Translations under genes and position numbers: made by a program
The notes under the pieces: generated by a model
What the model was told of the DNA's origin: nothing
Databases searched by the model: none
What the model saw: only the letters and a program-made list of their open reading frames with translations
Virus record (IMG/VR): IMGVR_UViG_3300032294_001984
Location: 3,967-67,966 of that record
Reading direction: 5' to 3' (one strand)
Length of the DNA: 64,000 nucleotides
DNA from: a virus
Shown here: in pieces, positions 57,971 through 64,000 of the stretch
How the letters are laid out: each line of letters starts with the position of its first letter
Position numbering within the stretch: position 1 is the first letter of the stretch

Positions 57971-58438
57971 TTATAGTTTTGAAATTAATTCGTTTATTCT
58001 CATTAAACTTTCAGTAACTGCCGCATTGTATCTATCGATAGTTTTTGAATGTTCTTGAGATGGCCTTACATTTGTGAAGTCTTTTTTCTCATGAGAGTCA
58101 ATAAATTGATTCATCATACCAGCGTTCATTTTATTTGTCTTGGTATTTTTAAGATAGTCTCTCATTTTTCTCAATTCGTCGTTAACCCAATTTTTGATTT
58201 CAATACCACCATTTAAAACAAATGAAGGTTCATTTTGGTTACCTTTAAAATTGTCAAAAAAGTTTTTAATTCTTTTTAATTGTTTATATGTTATAAATTT
58301 TTGATTTTGGAGTTCTTTGTTTCTATTGTATCCTTCAGTATTGTTGTCTGCATTTTTTACCCGATGAAAACATTTTTTCATGTGTTCCCTTTTATCTGAA
58401 GGGAATTCAATCTCCTTATCGTATAAACTTCTATTCAC
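57971..58438 (-). CDS. Hypothetical protein
   Basis: 155-aa ORF containing LKRIKNFF...LNGG...WV. Confidence 0.7.
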   Translation of the reverse strand: MNRSLYDKEIEFPSDKREHMKKCFHRVKNADNNTEGYNRNKELQNQKFITYKQLKRIKNFFDNFKGNQNEPSFVLNGGIEIKNWVNDELRKMRDYLKNTKTNKMNAGMMNQFIDSHEKKDFTNVRPSQEHSKTIDRYNAAVTESLMRINELISKL

Positions 58439-59261
58439 CTTTTTTTATGAGTTTAATTAAATCTTCTTTTGAATAACCATTACTTTCAGCATGTTTCAAA
58501 AGAGATTTTAAATTTTTTCTAATTAATAATGGTAATTCATTGATATCTTTACCCATATCTTTTTTACCAACTTCAGAATTATCTGAATTTTTTTTACCCA
58601 TTAGAATATCTTCAACAACTTTAATCATTTTTTGTTTTTGAATTTCAGATAGAGTTGCTCTTGTAATAAAATTTTTATCGTGATAATATTTTGATTTTTT
58701 ATCTTTATTACCTGTTGGGTCTTGACCTTTTTGTTTTGTTCTTTCTTTTGCCTCGTCAGGGTCCATACCCATCTTTTTTACTAAATATTTGTAAGTCTGA
58801 GCTCCGTCCATATCTTCAGTTTCCTCATATCCAAATGCTCCGGACATATCAATTTCACTAACCTCTTCAACAGATTCTCCATAATATGTTCTATAACCAC
58901 GAGAAATAGGGTCATTCGTAATCCTTGCCGCCGCAACCGTTTGGTCCATAGTTTTATGTGGGTGTAATCTTGGGTCAAGAATCGGGATTTTAGAATTAGA
59001 TAATGCACCATCTAAATTTACCAATTCCTCTAAATCTTTTTTAAGACCTTTAGTTGTTTTAATTTTTTTCTCTTTGGCGACTTTCTTAAGATGGTTTTTA
59101 ACCTTAACACCTTTACTTTTTTCAAAATGAATTACTTCGTCTTTTTTACGAGCTTCTGTTAAATTTTCCTCTACAGAGTAGTATAAAGAGTATTTGTCTC
59201 CCTTATCTCTTAATAGAAAGTAGTATGGCGATGAATAAAATTCTGTATCTGTTGTAATCAT
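58431..59261 (-). CDS. Hypothetical protein
   Basis: 276-aa ORF with TATTTAT upstream. Confidence 0.7.
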   Translation of the reverse strand: MITTDTEFYSSPYYFLLRDKGDKYSLYYSVEENLTEARKKDEVIHFEKSKGVKVKNHLKKVAKEKKIKTTKGLKKDLEELVNLDGALSNSKIPILDPRLHPHKTMDQTVAAARITNDPISRGYRTYYGESVEEVSEIDMSGAFGYEETEDMDGAQTYKYLVKKMGMDPDEAKERTKQKGQDPTGNKDKKSKYYHDKNFITRATLSEIQKQKMIKVVEDILMGKKNSDNSEVGKKDMGKDINELPLLIRKNLKSLLKHAESNGYSKEDLIKLIKKGE

Positions 59262-59313
59262 CTCGTCTTTTTTATATATAAATACTCTCTTATCAAGTAT
59301 TTATCATAGTATT

Positions 59314-62208
59314 ATGGCATATCAAAATATTAATCAATATAATTTTAGAAGATTTGGTCTAAAACCGGTCAATGAAGTGACTGATTTATCTCTGGCGTCA
59401 GACGAAAAAAGTTACGACCAAGAAGTTATTTTTTCACCATTATTAATTGGGGAAGATGATGGCAATCGAATGCCATTCAAATTCAATTTTAATAGTAGTG
59501 GAACAACCTTATGTCAAACTTCGGCTTGTGTTTTCAGCGCGGATACTATCGTATCAGAAAATTATTGGAACCCAACGGATACTGACCCCAACTTTTGTCC
59601 AATAGTAACTAATCTTTGTGATGTTGGATTAACCGGTATTGATAATGGTTTGGTTCGAAATATGTCGGGAGAAACAATTCAAACAACAACAGGATTATAT
59701 ACAAATATAACAGATAAGTTTAGTAGATACAAATATGATAGGAGAATGAAATTACATCCTATCACCGGATTTACAACAACTCAAAATAGATTATGGAATG
59801 ATAATTCATATACATATAATTTATCATATACGAATGTCGGAGGAGATATTGGGTATGTTGCAAGGTTAAACGGAGGATTTTTTCAAGGTTTCTATAAACT
59901 TGCTGGATATGACTATCAAGTATTCCCGGAAAGAGTTAATTTGGGTTGGACAAGTGAGTTCGTATTACGATACCGATGGACGGGTAATACAGATGTTGGT
60001 CTTAATCAAAGATATCCCGACAATAAAGGAACCTTCTTTTATATGGGGGCGAGAGCCGAAAATAAATTTTATCATTATGCGGATGGTTCTCCAAAACAAG
60101 ATTCAGGATACACTAGGGTTACATCAGGTTTAACTTGTATGCACACCTGTGGTTGTGCGAGTAGTGCGAATACATCATCACAATGTCTTCAAGTTTACCA
60201 ACCATCAGGAGGGACAATAACAACTTGTCTTTGTGGTTGTCCATGTGAATGTAATACAACTGCTCAATATCCTGAAAAAGACCCATTATATGATGGTGTT
60301 TCAAATGCGTTATCATTAAGATTAAGTGGTGATACAGGTAGTCCAAGATTATGTGTTAAGACATATAGAATAACTGGTGGCTGTGAGAGCACCGGAACTT
60401 GTCTAACAGGATTAACTTATACGACAGGAACATCGGTTACCGAATGGTGTTCAACTAGAGGAATCTTTGATGATTGTTCGGGAACAACATACCCAAATGT
60501 TGAGCATTGGGTTCAAATTGATGCCGTATTTGAAAGATATGAATGGTTAGATACTTGTGATTTATCTCATAAAGGTGGTTTAGGGTTATTAGTTAAAGAT
60601 GTTTATTTTGCAACACTTGAGGGAAGGAGTGTTACTTTAATTGAACCTCCAATAACTCGTGAACAACCATATGACCCGGCATCAACTGAAGTCGTTACAT
60701 TTAATGACATGTGGACTGAAGAACAAAAGTATAGATTAGGGACTCTTAAGTTTTATGTTAATGGAAAGTTATTTTTAGTTACAGAAAATTTTGAAGAAAT
60801 AATCCCAAGATTATTAAATGTTGAAAAAGAAAAACAGATTGGGGTTGCATATAACATATCGGTAGGAGGGGGAACTCAAGGACTTCACGATAATTTAACA
60901 TTTTCGGGAGGATGTCCCGAGTCATTAAATGACTTGAAATATCAACAAGACCCTGAATGTTTAACGACTCATGATTTAAATAATACAATTTATTCGGGGT
61001 TGACCACACATATCAAATTAGAAGAATATTTTGGTGGTAGTATGATTGGAGATATCAGCACGTTTAGAATGTATACCGAACCATTGAACGCAGCACAAAT
61101 TAAACACAATTTTAGAATACTAAAAGATAAATACAATTTGTTAAATCCGGATTGTCCTAATTGTAGAATTGTAATACCTGCGAATGACTTATATTATGAA
61201 CTTATAACACCAACACCGACACCAACTGAAACCTCTATACCTGCACCAACACCAACTGAGACCGCCATACCATCTCCAACACCGACACCAACTCAAACCG
61301 CTATACCATCTCCAACACCGACACCAACACCAAGTAGTCGTCCATTTGTTTCTGTTTGGGACGCCTTCCCAAATATTGAACTTCCATATGACCCACTAGG
61401 AACTTATTCAGGAACAATAGATTGGGGTGACGGAAACTTTTCCGCCAACACATATAGTAACAGAACCCACACCTACGCATCTCCCGGTACTTACACTATA
61501 ACAATTACAGGAACGATTGAGGGATGGAATTTCTTTAGTTACGCAACAAGTTATGCAATAAATATTAGAGAAATAATAAGTTGGGGTACTTTAAACGGTA
61601 ATCCCATATTTATGTTCCTTAATTGTTCAAATCTTACATTAACAAGAGTGACAGATACACCTAATTTTATTGGTTTTGGAAATTTTTTTGGAATGTTTGG
61701 TAATTGTTCATCTTTGACTACCGTGAATAATATGAATAGTTGGGATGTATCAGGTGTTGGAACTATGGCTAAGATGTTTCAGGGTGCAACTTCTTTTAAT
61801 CAAAACATCGGAAATTGGGATGTATCAAGGGTTAGATTTATGTTTGAAATGTTTCGGGACGCAACTTCTTTTAATCAAAACATCGGAAATTGGGATGTAT
61901 CAGGGGTTACATCTATGAATAATATGTTTCGGGACGCAACTTCTTTTAATCAAAACATCGGAAATTGGGATGTATCAAGTGTTTTAAATATGGAGAATAT
62001 GTTTAATGGGGCATCCTCTTTTAACCAAGACTTATCTAATTGGTGTGTTACCTTAATACCTTCAACACCTTCAAACTTTAGTGCAGGTGCGACTTCTTGG
62101 ACATTACCTAAACCAGTTTGGGGTACTTGTCCAGCTCCCACACCAACACCCACCTCAACTCAAACTCCAACTCAAACACCGGCCCCAACACCCACCCCAA
62201 CACCTTAA
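59314..62208 (+). CDS. Large virion/adhesin-like protein: Cys-rich beta domain, Pro/Thr linker, PKD-like domain and DUF285 (BspA-like) repeats
   Basis: IDWGDG...[13 protein letters not shown] (PKD-like) and [25 protein letters not shown] repeats. Confidence 0.8.
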   Translation: MAYQNINQYNFRRFGLKPVNEVTDLSLASDEKSYDQEVIFSPLLIGEDDGNRMPFKFNFNSSGTTLCQTSACVFSADTIVSENYWNPTDTDPNFCPIVTNLCDVGLTGIDNGLVRNMSGETIQTTTGLYTNITDKFSRYKYDRRMKLHPITGFTTTQNRLWNDNSYTYNLSYTNVGGDIGYVARLNGGFFQGFYKLAGYDYQVFPERVNLGWTSEFVLRYRWTGNTDVGLNQRYPDNKGTFFYMGARAENKFYHYADGSPKQDSGYTRVTSGLTCMHTCGCASSANTSSQCLQVYQPSGGTITTCLCGCPCECNTTAQYPEKDPLYDGVSNALSLRLSGDTGSPRLCVKTYRITGGCESTGTCLTGLTYTTGTSVTEWCSTRGIFDDCSGTTYPNVEHWVQIDAVFERYEWLDTCDLSHKGGLGLLVKDVYFATLEGRSVTLIEPPITREQPYDPASTEVVTFNDMWTEEQKYRLGTLKFYVNGKLFLVTENFEEIIPRLLNVEKEKQIGVAYNISVGGGTQGLHDNLTFSGGCPESLNDLKYQQDPECLTTHDLNNTIYSGLTTHIKLEEYFGGSMIGDISTFRMYTEPLNAAQIKHNFRILKDKYNLLNPDCPNCRIVIPANDLYYELITPTPTPTETSIPAPTPTETAIPSPTPTPTQTAIPSPTPTPTPSSRPFVSVWDAFPNIELPYDPLGTYSGTIDWGDGNFSANTYSNRTHTYASPGTYTITITGTIEGWNFFSYATSYAINIREIISWGTLNGNPIFMFLNCSNLTLTRVTDTPNFIGFGNFFGMFGNCSSLTTVNNMNSWDVSGVGTMAKMFQGATSFNQNIGNWDVSRVRFMFEMFRDATSFNQNIGNWDVSGVTSMNNMFRDATSFNQNIGNWDVSSVLNMENMFNGASSFNQDLSNWCVTLIPSTPSNFSAGATSWTLPKPVWGTCPAPTPTPTSTQTPTQTPAPTPTPTP
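61741..62040 (+). repeat. Four 75-nt tandem coding repeats (DUF285 units)
   Basis: TGGGATGTATCA... recurs at 61741, 61816, 61891 and 61966. Confidence 0.9.
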
Positions 62209-62242
62209 ATAATAGTAACCTTAACTCAAGTTTAATATAAGA

Positions 62243-62806
62243 ATGTATACAACAGATTGTAATTATTTTAGAGTAACAAATTATAATAATGTCCAAGAGG
62301 GTTATTATAGATGGACGGGATGTACCGACATTATTAATGTAAGTTCTATCCTACCGTTACAAAGTATTAATTTCTGTGCAAAAAATGTAATTGTTGAAGA
62401 ATATGGTGCACCGCTTGATATTGTATTCATAGGTTTATGTCCGCCTCCAACACCAACACCAACTATACCTCCGACGCCAACTCCGATTGTTCCGACTCCA
62501 ACTCCTGGTCCGATTATTATAACACCAACACCAACATTAGGACCACCACCGCCTGTTATTTTCACATATAATTTACGAACTGGTGGGTATTATCAAAATG
62601 TTTGTGAATCGGTTAATATGTTTGCGAACCCAGCAAATGTGACAATTTATACAACAAAACCTTTTGAACTTTTAGTTCCGGGAGATAATGTATTCGGTAA
62701 TCCATCATTAACAATTCCACCAGTAAACGCAAACTTTACAATTTCAAATGGGGTGAGATTCATTCAAATAAGTGGAACTTTAATACTAAATGTAGGTGTA
62801 TGTTAA
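62243..62806 (+). CDS. Cys-containing protein with a Pro/Thr linker
   Basis: 187 aa with a central PTPTP tract. Confidence 0.7.
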   Translation: MYTTDCNYFRVTNYNNVQEGYYRWTGCTDIINVSSILPLQSINFCAKNVIVEEYGAPLDIVFIGLCPPPTPTPTIPPTPTPIVPTPTPGPIIITPTPTLGPPPPVIFTYNLRTGGYYQNVCESVNMFANPANVTIYTTKPFELLVPGDNVFGNPSLTIPPVNANFTISNGVRFIQISGTLILNVGVC

Positions 62807-62825
62807 AAATTAAGTATTTATTTAT

Positions 62826-64000
62826 ATGACAATAGGAGTAAGAATTTTAAGTAATAATTTAAGTGGTTTAACCACTAATGTAACATATCACCCCTTAACT
62901 GGAGGGACAATTAATTTGGGAGAAAAAGTTTTTCCATTTGAATATATCACAGACTATTATTACGGAACATATGCGTGTTATGTTCCAACATATGATTATA
63001 CATATAATCTAACTATTTTAGCTCCGACCCCTACTCCGACACCAACCATAACACCAAGTCCAACACCCACACCAACACCTGTCGCACCTATAAACCCATT
63101 TGTTTCTGTTTGGAACATCAGTACAGATATTGGGCTTCCGTATTCACCTACTGGTACTTATTCAGGAACAATAGATTGGGGTGACGGAAACTTTTCCGCC
63201 AACACATATAGTAACAGAACCCACACCTACGCATCTCCCGGTACTTACACTATAACAATTACAGGAACAATTGAGGGATGGGATTTCAATAATTATGCGA
63301 CAGCTTATAGAACGAGGTTACTAGAAATAATAAGTTGGGGTACTTTGAGAGGTGAGAACAATTCGAATCAGAATATGTTCCGGCAGTGTTCAAATCTTAA
63401 ATTAACAGGAGTCACAGATACCCCTGATTTGGTTGGAATTACATCATTAGGTTATATGTTTAGGAGTTGTTCATCTTTGACCACCGTAAATAATATGAAT
63501 AGTTGGGATGTATCAAGTGTTACAGATATGAGTAATATGTTCGATTTGGCCTCCTCTTTTAATCAAAACATCGGAAATTGGGATGTATCAAGTGTTACAA
63601 ATATGGATAGTATGTTTTGGGGGACATCTTTTAATCAAAACATCGGAAGTTGGAATGTATCAAGTGTTACAAATATGGGATTGATGTTCTACTTTGCAAC
63701 CTCTTTTAATCAAAACATCGGAAGTTGGAATGTATCAAGTGTTACAAATATGCGTAATATGTTCGACGGGACATCCTCTTTTAATCAAAACATCAGAAGT
63801 TGGAATGTATCAAGTGTTACAAATATGGATGGTATGTTCGCTAGAGCATCCTCTTTTAATCAAGACTTATCTAATTGGTGTGTTACTTTAATACCTTTAC
63901 CTGCCATCCAATTTGATGCAGGTGCAACTTCTTGGACATTACCTAAACCAGTTTGGGGTACTTGCCCACCACCACCGGCTCCAACACCTACTCCAACACC
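62826..64000 (+). CDS. Pro/Thr-linked PKD plus DUF285-repeat protein (3' end outside the window), absent from the ORF track
   Basis: ATG62826 ([11 protein letters not shown]...) opens a frame that runs to the window end. It is paralogous to the C-terminal module of 59314..62208. Confidence 0.85.
   Translation, partial: MTIGVRILSNNLSGLTTNVTYHPLTGGTINLGEKVFPFEYITDYYYGTYACYVPTYDYTYNLTILAPTPTPTPTITPSPTPTPTPVAPINPFVSVWNISTDIGLPYSPTGTYSGTIDWGDGNFSANTYSNRTHTYASPGTYTITITGTIEGWDFNNYATAYRTRLLEIISWGTLRGENNSNQNMFRQCSNLKLTGVTDTPDLVGITSLGYMFRSCSSLTTVNNMNSWDVSSVTDMSNMFDLASSFNQNIGNWDVSSVTNMDSMFWGTSFNQNIGSWNVSSVTNMGLMFYFATSFNQNIGSWNVSSVTNMRNMFDGTSSFNQNIRSWNVSSVTNMDGMFARASSFNQDLSNWCVTLIPLPAIQFDAGATSWTLPKPVWGTCPPPPAPTPTPT
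63504..63875 (+). repeat. Five 72-75-nt tandem coding repeats (DUF285 units)
   Basis: TGG(G/A)ATGTATCAAGTGTTACA... units. Confidence 0.9.

Noticed and set aside
61741-63875. DUF285 repeats as a CRISPR array or as a diversity-generating retroelement target
   Set aside because: The repeats are in-frame coding units without unique spacers. Framework adenines are invariant even at synonymous sites, and no reverse transcriptase or template repeat is visible in the window.
1-64000. Stop-codon reassignment (alternative genetic code)
   Set aside because: Core genes (terminase, portal, capsid, ClpC) are full length in the standard code, and no suppressor tRNA is present.

Overview
This window is 64 kb of an AT-rich, large T4-like (myovirus-type) phage genome. 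The host is most likely Bacteroidota, judging from TAnnTTTG promoters, A-rich translation starts without Shine-Dalgarno sites, a phage bS21, a DUF4494-like gene and a D(S/T)x-rich lipoprotein. From left to right it holds: an aminotransferase 3' end; a 10-gene tRNA array; accessory genes; a tmRNA; a proteostasis block (M28-like peptidase, ClpC-like ATPase, UVR-domain protein); and the head module (terminase, portal, bS21, prohead protease, scaffold, major capsid protein, HNH nuclease). These are followed by baseplate-type genes, a gp55-like late sigma factor, a ~19 kb glycosyltransferase/methyltransferase/sugar-nucleotide cluster that also carries phoH, nadE and dut, and Pro/Thr-linked PKD-DUF285 adhesin-like genes. 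The top finding is an unannotated 36-codon leader ORF (786-896) just upstream of the tRNA array. Its 17-codon core uses only amino acids, and almost only codons, served by the ten downstream tRNAs, and all ten are represented. An intrinsic terminator and a competing antiterminator follow. This is a candidate ribosome-stalling attenuator that would sense depletion of many tRNAs at once and switch on the phage's replacement tRNAs. All calls come from reading motifs by eye; no database searches or folding programs were run.
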